NCBI GenBank assembly: GCA_903893485.1
Contig: CAITMK010000003.1
Coordinates: 9,922-73,921, forward strand
DNA from: Candidatus Magasanikiibacteriota bacterium
Lineage (GTDB): Bacteria; Patescibacteriota; Patescibacteriia; Magasanikbacterales; 2-02-FULL-50-9b
Direction: 5' to 3'
DNA length: 64,000 nucleotides
Shown piece after piece: positions 41,001 through 51,681 of this stretch. Both the position numbers and the translations under genes were made by a program. Numbering within the stretch: the stretch's first letter is position 1; each line of letters opens with the position of its first letter. The notes beneath the pieces are model-generated. The model worked only from the letters and a program-made list of their open reading frames with translations, was not told where the DNA came from and did not search any database.

Positions 41001-41639
41001 GTCGGACTCTTCAATGTAATGTACATCACGCGTCACAACCAGCGGCAAACCGGTTGCCGCGGCAATTGTTTGCAGTCCTTCGTTCACTTGAAACTGCCCT
41101 TGCACATCCGGATGATCTTGCAATTCCAAATAAAAATTATTTGGCCCAAATAATTCTGAATATTCGCGCGCAACTTTTTCGGCGCGCGCCACGTCGCCAG
41201 ACAAAATAATTTGCGCGAGTTCACCCTGCTTGCAACCAGACAGCGCAATCATGCCTTCGTGAAATTCTGCCAACAATTTTTTATCAGCGCGCGGCAAATC
41301 ATCATGCAGCCCTTCCAGCGCTGCGCGTGAAATCAAACGCATCAAATTTTGATAGCCATGAAAATTTTCGGCAAGCAATACAAGGTGGTATGGTTTTGGC
41401 TGATCGCCGCTGGTATCAAACCGATCGCGCACCAAATAAATTTCACAACCAATAATAGGTTTAATTCCTTTTTTCTTACACGTCTCGTAAAATTCGATGG
41501 CGCCATACAAAACGCCCAAATCAGTAAGCGCAACCGCGTCCATCCCCTGATTCTTAATAGCAGAAATAAGCGCGTCCACCTGAGGAAGCGCCTTAAGCAA
41601 TGAAAAATGTGAATGGGTGTGGAGGTGGACAAAGCCCAT
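38058..41639 (-). CDS. dnaE: DNA polymerase III alpha subunit
   Basis: HLHTHS PHP domain, RGSAAGS, PDVDGDF, KMDFLG, OB domain. Confidence 0.97.
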   Translation of the reverse strand: MGFVHLHTHSHFSLLKALPQVDALISAIKNQGMDAVALTDLGVLYGAIEFYETCKKKGIKPIIGCEIYLVRDRFDTSGDQPKPYHLVLLAENFHGYQNLMRLISRAALEGLHDDLPRADKKLLAEFHEGMIALSGCKQGELAQIILSGDVARAEKVAREYSELFGPNNFYLELQDHPDVQGQFQVNEGLQTIAAATGLPLVVTRDVHYIEESDAEACEITECIGLGKTVHDHRGESLVDIDRSLSTPEQIESRWRHVPEALANTVKIAERINVEIPLNQWHFPLVEKKPDETYDDILRADTMRGIAKLLPEITPEITERLEYELGIIQTKGYAPYFLAVADYIQWARDHGIVTTTRGSAAGSLVSYSIGIVSVNPLYFKLPFERFLNPFRPSPPDVDGDFADDRREEVIAYVTEKYGRDRVAQIVTFGTMAARASVRDAGRALGYSYGFCDRVSKSIPFGAQGMPMTIARALTESTELKKAYDEQDEVHRLLDIAQKIEGNARHTSIHAAGVVISPEPLTEFTPVQLEVGGTHLTTQYEMHAVEKAGVLKMDFLGIRNLSILGNAIVLIEKHYGVKIDLQKIPWDDKKTYEMLARGETGGVFQLSGGGMTRYLKELKPTTIFDIMAMVALFRPGPMESIPEYIKRKHNPALVTYLDDRLKPILDQSFGILTYQDDVLLTAITIAGYNWEEVDKFRKAMGKKIPEEMARQKEKFFKGAIDGGMTEDKVEILWHLIEPFAAYGFGRAHAASYAVVAYQTAYLKANYPAVYMCAVLSAESDDLDKLTDIVHETTRMGIEVLPPNVNESFEKFSVQKNDAGTEIIRFGLSAVKNVGAHITEVIIATRNAGGPFTSLSNFLERVQDKDLNKKSLESLIKCGALDMWGERGVLLANVERMQSFSREIIASKDSNQGSLFGALGGATLQLVPAEEVPLPQRLQWEKDLIGLYITAHPFENFAEPMRGVCMEIAHIDAEPAGGHVIIAGLITEAKKKWTKNREAMMNVKMEDLSGGTEIMVFPKTFAKTESVWVSGTCIWATGRKSKESGDNKVFIENAGPLELETIEEIKKQIQESLAKQKSRSAFMDKFGGQKKQTDGSSAPHTPRASAPAAAVSATAQIASVAAPDQILITVPPEASPDQIAAMPAILQKYPGSTRVFVSLQSNGRRHLIETERAVGATDALVKELTDLFGDGSVRIG

Positions 41640-41726
41640 AGTAACCGGATTTTACCTTGTCTACTAATAAATTACAACTAAAAAAGCCGGGCGCTGAAAA
41701 CTAGGCCCGGCTTTGATTTTAGTACT

Positions 41727-42071
41727 TTATTTAAGCAAATGCTTTACCGCCTTTTTTGCTTTTTTCTGAGCAACCTTGAGACCCTGGCGGCCTTCGGTTT
41801 CCATTGATTCGCTCATGAGTTTGCCGGTAACCAATTTAAGGCCGTCCATGACAAAACCAACGCCCGCACCAACGAGTTCCAATTTGTCGCGGATGTAACC
41901 AACCGATTCGTTAAGTTCATGCATTTTTTCTTGCACTTCTTCAACGATGCCATTGGCATGTTTTAAAATTTGTGTGGCGTAATAAAGAAGCCACGAGAGA
42001 AACAACGCAACCCACAGGACCGAGAAAGCGATCACGAGGTTAAGGATATCACGACTGTCTGTAATGTTCAT
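41727..42071 (-). CDS. Hypothetical protein (TM plus coiled coil)
   Basis: 114-aa ORF with an N-terminal TM; downstream hairpin at ~41680-41714. Confidence 0.7.
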   Translation of the reverse strand: MNITDSRDILNLVIAFSVLWVALFLSWLLYYATQILKHANGIVEEVQEKMHELNESVGYIRDKLELVGAGVGFVMDGLKLVTGKLMSESMETEGRQGLKVAQKKAKKAVKHLLK

Positions 42072-42109
42072 AAAATAAATGAGCTAAAGATCTTGATGAA
42101 ATTAGTATA

Positions 42110-42862
42110 TCACATTTTTTCTTCTGGCCAAAATCCCATTCGCTCAATGTTGTCCACATACTGCTTGGTGTAATATTTTCCATCGATGCGACGTTGGCCG
42201 TCGGCAATAAAAACCGCTTCAACCACAACCAATACTGCCAGTGCGATAAGTGCTGCTGCGAGCCGGCCGCCAAGCGAATCGGCAAAACCAACCGTGGTGA
42301 GCATGATTACCGCGCCACCAAGCGTAAGCAAAACACCTGCATTCCACGTGCCCATACGCTGCACGCGCATAGCGTGAATGCGTTGACGCGCTTCGGTTGC
42401 CTGCCCCGAAATCGTCATGAGTTCTGCAAACAATAATTTTCCCTTTTCGCTTGCAATCGTGTCGAATCCATACAACTGCTGCGTAATGCGGCGAAACATT
42501 TCATTCGTGTCATCGTATTGTTTAAATGGAATCACTTCGAACGCATGCAAATACGATTCAATCGCTTCGCGCACCAAATCGAACCAAGGAATTTGTTTTT
42601 CGGCGCGTGAAAATGCGCGTGCCAAATGATGAATGCGGCGCAGTTTATTTAATTCAACCGAAACCGCATCGGCAAGAGCTGCGGCACGATCGATTGCTTT
42701 GGACATAAGCAGCGTTGCAAAACCTGCAAACGATGCACCAACAATAATTGCCGCAAACGCGCACGATGCATTTTCCTGGCCCGGCGTAATAAAAGCGATC
42801 ACCACCGCAACGATTGCCAATACGGTTGTGTGAACGATAAAGGAAAGTGTGTGTTTAAACAT
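42110..42862 (-). CDS. Membrane protein, 2+2 TM around a helical domain
   Basis: Hydrophobicity pattern; lies in the same minus-strand run as its neighbours. Confidence 0.7.
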   Translation of the reverse strand: MFKHTLSFIVHTTVLAIVAVVIAFITPGQENASCAFAAIIVGASFAGFATLLMSKAIDRAAALADAVSVELNKLRRIHHLARAFSRAEKQIPWFDLVREAIESYLHAFEVIPFKQYDDTNEMFRRITQQLYGFDTIASEKGKLLFAELMTISGQATEARQRIHAMRVQRMGTWNAGVLLTLGGAVIMLTTVGFADSLGGRLAAALIALAVLVVVEAVFIADGQRRIDGKYYTKQYVDNIERMGFWPEEKM

Positions 42863-42888
42863 AAGAAGAACAATATGAATTTAGTATA

Positions 42889-44661
42889 TCACGCCGCTGG
42901 TTTTTCTTTGAATCCCCCGGCCTGAATTTTCCAAAGCCGTTTGTATTTTCCTGCCCGTTTATAAAGCTCATCGTGCGTGCCTTCGTCAACAATATGCCCG
43001 TCTTCTACCACCAATATACGGTCCATTTGCATGATCGTCGAAAGACGATGCGCAATCACAATAACGGTTTTATCTTTCATTAGCTGTACCAGTGCATCTT
43101 GAATAAATTGTTCCGATTCAGAATCCAAACTTGATGTCGCCTCGTCGAGCACCAAGATCGGTGCATTTTTTAAAATCGCACGCGCGATTGCAACACGCTG
43201 CCGTTCACCACCAGATAATTTTACGCCGCGCTCACCAACCAGCGTGTCATACCCTTTTTCAAGGCCCGTAATAAATTCGTGGCAATACGCTTTTTTTGCA
43301 GCCGCTATCACCTCTTCATCGGTTGCCCCACGCTTACCGTATCGAATATTTTCCATGAGCGATCGATGAAATAAAATTGGATCTTGTGGCACGAGTGAAA
43401 TTGCATTTCGTAGCGACGAGAGTTGTACTTTAGAAATATCCTGACCATCGATGGTAATCATGCCGCGCTGTATATCAAAGTAGCGCAATAATATTTTTAT
43501 GACCGTTGTCTTCCCTGCGCCGCTCGATCCAACAAACGCAATTTTTTCTTTTGAGCGAGACGAGAATGACATATCACGAACAATTGGTGCCGCGCTACTG
43601 TAGCCGAATGTCACCGCGTGAAATGCAATTTGCGCATCAGAAATATTTAGTGGCTGCGCGCGTGGCGCATCCACAATTTCGTGCGGCTCTAATAATATTT
43701 CCACGGTTTCTTTTGCATCTGCAAAACCTTCGTACAGGCCACGGAGCACACGGCCAAAACCCCACAGCGATCCAATAATTGATACCAGCGCCGACTGAAT
43801 CAACGCAAAATCACCAAGCGTTAATTTACCCGCAACATAAAATGTGATCGCCGTGGTAATACAAAAATATTCAAGCGCAAGCATGAGGAGCACCTGAACC
43901 GCGGTATTTAATTCGCCCAAACCCCACGTCAGCGTATAAATTTTTCGAAGCCGTTCATGCGCCGCTTTCATTGCTGATCGTTCAAAATCAAATCCGCTAA
44001 ATTGCTGGATCGTGAGGCTGTTAGAAAAGGCATCTGCTATTTTTCCAGAAACTTCAGATTCGATATCAGCGCGCTTGGTGTCTTGCGGCAACTTCCAATA
44101 TGAAAATAAAAAATTTGCCACCACAAATATAATTACCCACACACCTAAAATTAGGGCGAGCCGTGGCTGACGCAAATAAAATATATACAAACTCCCGGCA
44201 ACTAATATCGTAGAATCCATGAGATCCCAAAATAATCGGTCCGCCACATTTTCAAACGATCGCCCAAATCGACTCACGCGACGCACCAAAGATCCCGCAA
44301 ACGAATTAGAAAAAAACCGATACGAGTGCTGTAAAATATGTTCAAACGCCGTCTGATCAAGTTCGGTCATGACGTACGGCTGAAAATACACATTAATGAC
44401 CGATGCTGTTCTATAAAAAATAAACTTCGCGAAATTCCAGAGCATTACCATTCCCCACGCATAGATGAGTGCCCGTGCCAAATCAGCGGGCGCGGCAAAA
44501 TGCTGCGTAAATAAATCAAAAAATTTTTTTAGATACCATGGAATGATGATGTTGGTCACCGATGCTGCAATTGCCGTAATTAAAAAACCAAAAAAAAGAA
44601 TTTTATGCCGCGCAACATGCTGCCAATAAATTTTGAGGATCTGCCGAATCGTGACCTTCAT
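42889..44661 (-). CDS. ABC exporter, fused permease/ATPase
   Basis: TM domain, GSSGAGKT, LSGGERQR, LDEATSSLD, AHRLST. Confidence 0.95.
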   Translation of the reverse strand: MKVTIRQILKIYWQHVARHKILFFGFLITAIAASVTNIIIPWYLKKFFDLFTQHFAAPADLARALIYAWGMVMLWNFAKFIFYRTASVINVYFQPYVMTELDQTAFEHILQHSYRFFSNSFAGSLVRRVSRFGRSFENVADRLFWDLMDSTILVAGSLYIFYLRQPRLALILGVWVIIFVVANFLFSYWKLPQDTKRADIESEVSGKIADAFSNSLTIQQFSGFDFERSAMKAAHERLRKIYTLTWGLGELNTAVQVLLMLALEYFCITTAITFYVAGKLTLGDFALIQSALVSIIGSLWGFGRVLRGLYEGFADAKETVEILLEPHEIVDAPRAQPLNISDAQIAFHAVTFGYSSAAPIVRDMSFSSRSKEKIAFVGSSGAGKTTVIKILLRYFDIQRGMITIDGQDISKVQLSSLRNAISLVPQDPILFHRSLMENIRYGKRGATDEEVIAAAKKAYCHEFITGLEKGYDTLVGERGVKLSGGERQRVAIARAILKNAPILVLDEATSSLDSESEQFIQDALVQLMKDKTVIVIAHRLSTIMQMDRILVVEDGHIVDEGTHDELYKRAGKYKRLWKIQAGGFKEKPAA

Positions 44662-44682
44662 AGGGCCACTAGTATAGCACGA

Positions 44683-45774
44683 TTACTTCACTAAATGAAT
44701 CACGTCGCGCACCGTCACCACAATTACCAGCGCCATTAAAAGTGCAAATCCAATAAGATGCGCTGCCTGCTCCACACCATCTTTCATACGTTTGCCAAAA
44801 AATTTCTGAAGGACTACAAAAAGTGCGCGCCCACCATCGAGTGCAGGAAACGGCAACACATTAAGCACACCCAAATTAATGGACAAAATCGCCATGAGCT
44901 GCAAAAGCGGTGTAATGCCGGTGCGCGCAACCTGGCCAGTAATTTGTGCAATACCAACCGGGCCGGCAACATCCGCACCAACTTTGCCGGATTTAAATAA
45001 TGTCTTAATTAAATCACCAAGTGCGCGAAAAATCATCGTCGCGGTTCCTGCGGTGTCCAACGCGGCAATATGTACCGCAGCGCCAACAGGATATTTTTGA
45101 AATGCCATATCCGTCATGCGTACCCCAATACCATGAACCCCTTCAGGCAGATCAACGGCGCGCATGTGTAATTCTTTTTTTTCGGCGCCGCGTGCAACCG
45201 TTACAATAATTTCGTCAGCACCATGTAATTTCAAATTGGTAACCGCATCTGCGGCAGCAGAAATTGTCACGCCATTTATTGCGACGATTTGATCACCTGC
45301 TAATACGCCAGCAGCTCCCGCAGGGCTACCAACCAATGCGTCCGTAACAATCGCACGCTGATTTGAAAGCTGCGCACCAACGCCCGCAAATGCCACGGGC
45401 GCATCCATACCGCGCAAATACACAATGGTAAATAATAAAAATCCAACCACGAAATTCATGAACACACCGGCAAATAAAATCGCCAGGCGTTGCCACATCG
45501 GTTTATGTCCAAAACTATCAACGTCATTTTTTTCACTTCCATCTTCACCTTTTAATCGCACAAAGCCGCCGAGCGGAATCCAATTTGCGGTATATTCGGT
45601 ACCAGATTTTTTACTTTTCCATGCCGCGATACGCGGTGGAAATCCAAAACCAAATTCATGAACTTTCACCCCGCAGCGGCGTGCCACAAAAAAATGACCC
45701 CATTCGTGCGCAATCACAAGTACAAATAAAACACCAATAAAAATGAGGGCCGTAACCAGTGCGTGTAAAAACAT
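44683..45774 (-). CDS. rseP: RIP metalloprotease RseP (M50 family, PDZ domain)
   Basis: HEWGH, IPLGGFV, NVLPFPALDGG. Confidence 0.93.
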   Translation of the reverse strand: MFLHALVTALIFIGVLFVLVIAHEWGHFFVARRCGVKVHEFGFGFPPRIAAWKSKKSGTEYTANWIPLGGFVRLKGEDGSEKNDVDSFGHKPMWQRLAILFAGVFMNFVVGFLLFTIVYLRGMDAPVAFAGVGAQLSNQRAIVTDALVGSPAGAAGVLAGDQIVAINGVTISAAADAVTNLKLHGADEIIVTVARGAEKKELHMRAVDLPEGVHGIGVRMTDMAFQKYPVGAAVHIAALDTAGTATMIFRALGDLIKTLFKSGKVGADVAGPVGIAQITGQVARTGITPLLQLMAILSINLGVLNVLPFPALDGGRALFVVLQKFFGKRMKDGVEQAAHLIGFALLMALVIVVTVRDVIHLVK

Positions 45775-45775
45775 A

Positions 45776-47140
45776 TTAATGAAGTGCGCGAGGTGCGTTT
45801 AAAATTGATTCAAATTCTGCGAGATATTTCATGAGCGTTTCTGAGGTGCGTGTTTCCATATTAAGCCGCAAAAATGGTTCAGTATTTGATGGGCGAACAT
45901 TAAACCACCAGTCATGCATCACAAATGAAAGTCCATCCATTTGCAAAACTTCCTGAGCACGGGCTTCGTATGCTTCATGTATTTTTTTAATCGCCCCGGC
46001 ACGATCTTCGACCACATAATTTATTTCGCCGGAATGTGCGTCTTCAAATAATCCAGCGGCTAATTCAGACAACGATTTGCCTTCGGTTTGCAAAAGCTGC
46101 ACAACAAGCAAAAACATATAGTCCGCGCTTTCGACACTAAAAAATTCTTTTGCGTAAAAATGACCGGATAGTTCACCAGCAAACAATGCGTTTTCACGGC
46201 GCATCTGCTCCTTAATGAACGCATGCCCTACCCGACACACACCAGGAATTCCACCAGCTGCGGCAATTACACGACCCACCACGGAACGAGCACGCAGATC
46301 ATATAAAATACGCGCGCCAAGATGTTTCTTTAATAGTTCCCCACTGACCAACGCAAGCAAAATATCCGCACCAACCATCTCACCTTTTTCATTTACAAAA
46401 CCAATTCGATCACCATCACCATCGAATGCAACACCAAACGCGGCGCCGCGCGCCACAACTTCTTTTTTTAAATCCGCAAGTGTCGATTCCTTTAATGGAT
46501 TTGCTTCATGATTTGGAAAGGTGCCATCAGGGTCACCAAACATCACATGCGCCGTGATTGCGGGCACACGCTGTAATAATTTTTGAATCGTCGCACCTTC
46601 CATTCCATTGCCGCAATCAATTACCACGTTCATTGGCGCCGCGTCATTCAAATGCACCAAGCCAGTTACATAATCTAAACTCGGATCGATCGCATCCGCA
46701 TATTCCACGGATCCAGAAATCAAACTTTCCGCAAACATTCCTTTGAGTGCCATTTCTTTAATATCCAAAAGACCTGAATTTTCGCCAACCGGCGATCCTT
46801 CGCTCAAACAAAATTTCATGCCGTTCCATTCTGACGGATTATGCGATGCGGTAACCATAATACCAGCTTCGCGATCCGCATAATTTGCAACTGCAAAATA
46901 CAATGTTGGAGTTGTGACCTGTCCGATATTAATAATTCGCACACCTGCGGCCACTAAAATCTTTTCCACTGCAGCAACGATTTCAATACTCGTCGCTCGC
47001 ATATCAAAACCTAAAACAACCGTCTTAACCGCAAATTTTTCCACAAATGCCCGAGCGATTGCAGCGGCGCCATCTGCATCCCAATCTTTACCGTAAATAC
47101 CACGAATATCGTACGCTTTAAAAACTACCGGAGTAAGCAT
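45776..47140 (-). CDS. Phosphomannomutase/phosphoglucomutase
   Basis: FKAYDIRG, TASHNP, FDGDGDR, GELSGH, RPSNTEP. Confidence 0.95.
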   Translation of the reverse strand: MLTPVVFKAYDIRGIYGKDWDADGAAAIARAFVEKFAVKTVVLGFDMRATSIEIVAAVEKILVAAGVRIINIGQVTTPTLYFAVANYADREAGIMVTASHNPSEWNGMKFCLSEGSPVGENSGLLDIKEMALKGMFAESLISGSVEYADAIDPSLDYVTGLVHLNDAAPMNVVIDCGNGMEGATIQKLLQRVPAITAHVMFGDPDGTFPNHEANPLKESTLADLKKEVVARGAAFGVAFDGDGDRIGFVNEKGEMVGADILLALVSGELLKKHLGARILYDLRARSVVGRVIAAAGGIPGVCRVGHAFIKEQMRRENALFAGELSGHFYAKEFFSVESADYMFLLVVQLLQTEGKSLSELAAGLFEDAHSGEINYVVEDRAGAIKKIHEAYEARAQEVLQMDGLSFVMHDWWFNVRPSNTEPFLRLNMETRTSETLMKYLAEFESILNAPRALH

Positions 47141-47189
47141 ATTATTGATGATTGACGGCTTTACCTAAACTGGCTATACTCTTTTATAT

Positions 47190-47567
47190 ATGCCCTTTTC
47201 AGCCGTCTGGCGAGATTATAACATACAACGCGAACGCCGTTACAAAGTTGCCCCCAAATTAATGCATTTGGCGTGGGGTTATTTGGCGGAATACCAAAAA
47301 GAAATGTTACAACTTACCGAAGATTTAGAACGCGCGCACCAGCTCAAAGAATTTGGATTCACCCTGGTGGGCGAGCAATTTGAAGCAGAAAAAAAATTGT
47401 CCAAGGATCTGCGGCAGCTCCTTATTAAATGTCATCATCACCACGCGCTTATTTTAAAAGACGTGTTCCGTGAACATGAGCATGACTTGCTCGATGCCGA
47501 AGCACATTTGCATGTACTTCAAGGACTCGTTATCGGAACAAAGCGCACTGAGTTTTCCCGTTCATAA
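47190..47567 (+). CDS. Hypothetical protein
   Basis: 125-aa helical ORF upstream of clpC. Confidence 0.6.
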   Translation: MPFSAVWRDYNIQRERRYKVAPKLMHLAWGYLAEYQKEMLQLTEDLERAHQLKEFGFTLVGEQFEAEKKLSKDLRQLLIKCHHHHALILKDVFREHEHDLLDAEAHLHVLQGLVIGTKRTEFSRS

Positions 47568-47596
47568 AAGTCCGCTTAAAATTTAATTCGCAACCT

Positions 47597-50116
47597 ATGT
47601 CGACTCATCCGTTTGCGCAAAAAACCACCCAGCATTTTAAAAATGTGCTGGTACAATCATTTCATCAAGCGGCACTGACCGGCACCGGATCGGTTACGTC
47701 GCTCCATTTGTTATTTTCACTTTTGGGTGAGGTCGGCTCGATTGGCCAAGAAATTTTGCATCGCGCTGGCGCCACCCGCGAAATGCTTGCGCCTTTTTTT
47801 GGTGAAATCGAAGGCACGCGTTTTGTACACCAGCAAGGACTTTCCCCTGCTGCCACGCGTATTTTGGAACGCGCAATTTTGGTTGCTGCCAAAAATGGTC
47901 ACACATATATCGGCACCGAACATTTACTTGCCGGGCTTTTGGAATCGTCACCTGCCGAATTAAATTTTTTATTTGAAATTTCAAAAGTTAAACGCGCCAC
48001 CGTTGAACAGCAACTCGAAATCGCATTAAAAAGCGCGGGCAAATTACCAGAATTATTGCACGACTTTAAATCAAAACAATCCACTGCCAAACAAAACGCA
48101 AAACAAAAAACGCCGGCGCTTGAATTTTTTGCAACAGAATTGACCACGCAAAAAGTTGCCGCAAAATTAGACCCGGTGATTGGTCGCGATGAAGAAATTG
48201 AACGCTTAATTCATGTGCTCTGCCGTCGCACCAAAAACAATCCGTTGCTTTTGGGCGATCCGGGCGTTGGTAAAACCGCAATTGTCGAAGGCTTGGCAAA
48301 ACGCATTGTTGATGGCGCGGTTCCTGCAGCGCTTGCCGATAAACGTATTTTTTCCGTTGATTTAGGTTTGGTTATTGCTGGCACCATGTATCGCGGTGAA
48401 TTCGAAGGCCGCATCAAACAACTCATCGACGAGGTAAAACAGCATCCTGAAATTATTTTGTTCATCGATGAAGTACATTCTATTGTTGGTGCAGGTTCAT
48501 CGAATGGCACACTCGACGCAGCGAATTTATTAAAACCTGCATTAGCGCGCGGCGAGTTGCACGTAATTGGCGCAACCACGTTTGAAGAATTCAAAAAACA
48601 CATCGAACACGACGCGGCACTTGAACGCCGTTTTCAAACCGTGATGATCAAAGAACCAACTGCCGACGAAACGATTGAAATTTTGAAACATATTAAATCG
48701 CGTTACGAATCGTTTCATCATGTTGCAATTAGCGATGAAGCAATTGTTGCGGCCACCAAACTATCGCACAAATATTTCCCCGAAAAACATTATCCGGATA
48801 AAGCGATTGACTTGATCGACGAAGCCATGAGCGCGCAAAAAGTTGAGCGCACTCATTTGGAAACGCACACGCGCCGCGCAGAACTTCGCAAAAAAATTAT
48901 TCAACTTGGTCGCAAAAAACAAGAAGCGGTTATCGAAGAAAATTTTGATCGCGCCACTGCGCTGCAAGCCGAAGAATCCGCCGCGCAACTTGAACTTTCG
49001 GCGCTCGAAGCCGTCACTGAGTCCGGCGCGCCACTTGGCACGGTTACCGCACGCGATATGTACGCCGTTTTGGCACGCATCACCCGCCGCCCACTGGCCG
49101 AAATGTCGAGTGGTATTAATGCTCGCGGCATTTCTGCACTGCTCACGCAAAAAGTTTTTGGGCAATCAGAAGCGCTTACCAAAATTGCTGCAACACTTGC
49201 AAAAGCAGAATTAGGTTTGGGCAGCGACACGCGCCCACTTGCTTCATTTCTTTTTGTTGGCCCAACCGGCACAGGCAAATCCGAAGTTGCAAAATTAATT
49301 GCCGCTGGCGCCTATGGCGATCCAAAAGCCGTGATCCATCTTTCCATGACGGAATTTTCGGAAGGATTTAGCGTTTCCAAACTTCTCGGCTCGCCCGCTG
49401 GTTACGTTGGCCACAAAGAATCAACCACACTCGTTGATCGACTTCGCCGCCAACCACTTTCCGTAATCGTGTTCGACGAAATCGACAAAGCGCATGGCGA
49501 TGTACTCAATATTTTATTGCAAATGCTCGAAGAAGGCCGACTCACGGATTCATCGGGCAAAGAAGCGAACGTCAAACAGTGCATTATTATTTTGACACAC
49601 CAAATTCCCTACGAAGAAGCCGCGGGATCGCAGTTTGGTTTTGGTGCAAGCACAATTGGTGCAAATCGCGGCCAGGCGCGCACGGCAAAAGAAATCGAAC
49701 AGTCGCTTCGCACCATCATGAAACCAGAACTGTTAAATCGTATCGATTCAATTTGCGTGTTTCAACCGCTTACCGAAGATGCACTCGCACAAATCGCAGG
49801 CGCTGAACTTGCAGATTTAGCAACGCGCGTTTCAAAACGCGGTATTGCGCTTACGTGGGATGATGGAGCGCCCGCAGCAATTGCAAAAACAATTTCAAGT
49901 GCGGCTGATGGCGCCCGCAGCGTTCGACACGCAACGTACACACAAATTGAACAACCGCTCATCGATGCATATTTGGCGCAAGAAGAAATGTCCGCATACC
50001 ATATTGAATCGGAAGATGGTATAATCCGTGGTATTCCAACCTATGGACGAGACCAGCAATTCATCACAACTCTCAAGAAATCCAGGGCTCGAGTACGCAC
50101 AAGCGCAAAGGCTTAA
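47597..50116 (+). CDS. clpC: ATP-dependent Clp protease ATP-binding subunit
   Basis: Clp-N repeats, [11 protein letters not shown]-like coil, [16 protein letters not shown]. Confidence 0.92.
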   Translation: MSTHPFAQKTTQHFKNVLVQSFHQAALTGTGSVTSLHLLFSLLGEVGSIGQEILHRAGATREMLAPFFGEIEGTRFVHQQGLSPAATRILERAILVAAKNGHTYIGTEHLLAGLLESSPAELNFLFEISKVKRATVEQQLEIALKSAGKLPELLHDFKSKQSTAKQNAKQKTPALEFFATELTTQKVAAKLDPVIGRDEEIERLIHVLCRRTKNNPLLLGDPGVGKTAIVEGLAKRIVDGAVPAALADKRIFSVDLGLVIAGTMYRGEFEGRIKQLIDEVKQHPEIILFIDEVHSIVGAGSSNGTLDAANLLKPALARGELHVIGATTFEEFKKHIEHDAALERRFQTVMIKEPTADETIEILKHIKSRYESFHHVAISDEAIVAATKLSHKYFPEKHYPDKAIDLIDEAMSAQKVERTHLETHTRRAELRKKIIQLGRKKQEAVIEENFDRATALQAEESAAQLELSALEAVTESGAPLGTVTARDMYAVLARITRRPLAEMSSGINARGISALLTQKVFGQSEALTKIAATLAKAELGLGSDTRPLASFLFVGPTGTGKSEVAKLIAAGAYGDPKAVIHLSMTEFSEGFSVSKLLGSPAGYVGHKESTTLVDRLRRQPLSVIVFDEIDKAHGDVLNILLQMLEEGRLTDSSGKEANVKQCIIILTHQIPYEEAAGSQFGFGASTIGANRGQARTAKEIEQSLRTIMKPELLNRIDSICVFQPLTEDALAQIAGAELADLATRVSKRGIALTWDDGAPAAIAKTISSAADGARSVRHATYTQIEQPLIDAYLAQEEMSAYHIESEDGIIRGIPTYGRDQQFITTLKKSRARVRTSAKA

Positions 50117-50411
50117 TGAAGCGCGCGCGGCGAATAATCTTCAAGCTGCTTCTGAGAAAAACACTGCTAGCAACGCGAACACCGTCTACGATGAGCCTAG
50201 TGTTGATGAATACCCTGATGATGAGCTCGAGGACGACGCTTCGGATGATAGCAATGAAGAAACAGGAGGCGAACAAACTTCCGACGATTCAGGCCCATCG
50301 AATGCAGACAAGGCCAAGGAGTTGGCAAAAGCTGCGCGCTTTGGCATCTGGGGAGCTGTTCTGTGGTTTTTAAAAAAATTGTGGGGACTCTTCACCGCAC
50401 AAAATTCATAA
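50043..50411 (+). CDS. Acidic hypothetical protein with a C-terminal hydrophobic tail
   Basis: D/E-rich; FGIWGAVLWFLKKLWGLF tail; overlaps the end of clpC. Confidence 0.55.
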   Translation: MDETSNSSQLSRNPGLEYAQAQRLNEARAANNLQAASEKNTASNANTVYDEPSVDEYPDDELEDDASDDSNEETGGEQTSDDSGPSNADKAKELAKAARFGIWGAVLWFLKKLWGLFTAQNS

Positions 50412-50423
50412 TTGTTCTTTTAT

Positions 50424-51680
50424 ATGGAAACTGAATTCGACAAAAAAAAGGTTCTTGCCCTTGTTGGCATTGTTGCGGCCACCGGGCTCATTGGCTACAT
50501 CATTTACGTAGTTTTTTTTAAATCCGCAGCGCCAGCCGCGGTCACTACTCCAACCGAACAAACCGCTGGCGGAGGTCTTTCACCTTCCGGACAAGCAACC
50601 CCAGGCACCAATGTGGTAACGCCGCAAGCACCAGAGCAACAAGTTTTTTCTTCCGCATCACAAATTAGCCCACTCGCTACTGCTGGGTCAAAAATTGTAA
50701 GCGTCACACCAATTGTCACACTCCCAACCGTTGGCGTAACTGCCGCGGCAAATGGGAATGATTTACAATTTTACAACTCAGTTGATGGGAAATTTTACAA
50801 AATTAATTCTGACGGCACCCCAACCACGTTAACTCCAGATTCATTTCCAAACGTAAAAACCGTTGAATGGTCCCCAAATAAATCGCTCGCCGCAATGAGT
50901 TTTCCAGATGGCAGCAAAATTGTATACGATTTTAAAGCGCAGAAACAATACACGCTTCCAAAACATTGGGACTCAATCACCTTTTCGCCAGACAGTACAC
51001 AACTGTACGGAAAAACCCAAAGTCCAGATCCAGAATTGCGGTTTTTATTTAGTTCAAACGTCGATGGCACGGGCGCAACTCCAATTGAACCACTTGGCAA
51101 TAATGGCGATAAAGTTATCATTGCACCATCACCAAACAATCAGGTCATTGCATTTTCAAATACCGCGGACCCAATTGGGGGCGGCGCCGAACGCATGGGC
51201 ATGCTTCTGATTGGCAAAAATCACGAAAACTTTAAACAAATGACCATTGAAGGTCTTGGTTTTCAACCAAAGTGGTCACCAAACGGTGATAAGGTTTTAT
51301 ACAGCGCATACAATCGCAGTACCGGTTTAGCACCAATTTTATGGGTTGATGGTGGCACTGACAGCACTGTTGGCCAACTCAAAAACGCTTTTCCAATTAA
51401 AACTTGGGCAAGTAAATGTACGTTTGCATCAAACGACGAAGCAATCTGCGCGGTACCAAATCCAGATACGCTTCTTCCTGGCATCGGTTTTGCACCACAA
51501 CTCGCAACCAATACCGACGATACTATTTACAAAATCAATCTTAAAAGCGGTTTACAAACAATCGTTGGAAAACCAGATGGCAACCGCACGATTTCAGAAG
51601 TTACCGCATCAGAAGATGGCCAGTACCTGTACATGAAAGACCAAAATTCGGGAGAGCTGCTGAAAATGCGTCTTAAATAA
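50424..51680 (+). CDS. Membrane-anchored TolB-like beta-propeller protein
   Basis: N-terminal TM; WSPN/FSPD/SPN blade repeats. Confidence 0.8.
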   Translation: METEFDKKKVLALVGIVAATGLIGYIIYVVFFKSAAPAAVTTPTEQTAGGGLSPSGQATPGTNVVTPQAPEQQVFSSASQISPLATAGSKIVSVTPIVTLPTVGVTAAANGNDLQFYNSVDGKFYKINSDGTPTTLTPDSFPNVKTVEWSPNKSLAAMSFPDGSKIVYDFKAQKQYTLPKHWDSITFSPDSTQLYGKTQSPDPELRFLFSSNVDGTGATPIEPLGNNGDKVIIAPSPNNQVIAFSNTADPIGGGAERMGMLLIGKNHENFKQMTIEGLGFQPKWSPNGDKVLYSAYNRSTGLAPILWVDGGTDSTVGQLKNAFPIKTWASKCTFASNDEAICAVPNPDTLLPGIGFAPQLATNTDDTIYKINLKSGLQTIVGKPDGNRTISEVTASEDGQYLYMKDQNSGELLKMRLK

Positions 51681-51681
51681 T

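Noticed and set aside
38058-44661. Alternative genetic code 25 (TGA=Gly), as in some CPR lineages
   Set aside because: Genes are full length under code 11, and dnaE and the ABC gene end at TGA
50028-51680. Stop-codon readthrough joining two in-frame adjacent ORFs
   Set aside because: The stop is TAA and the downstream gene has its own ATG and N-terminal TM; nothing supports recoding
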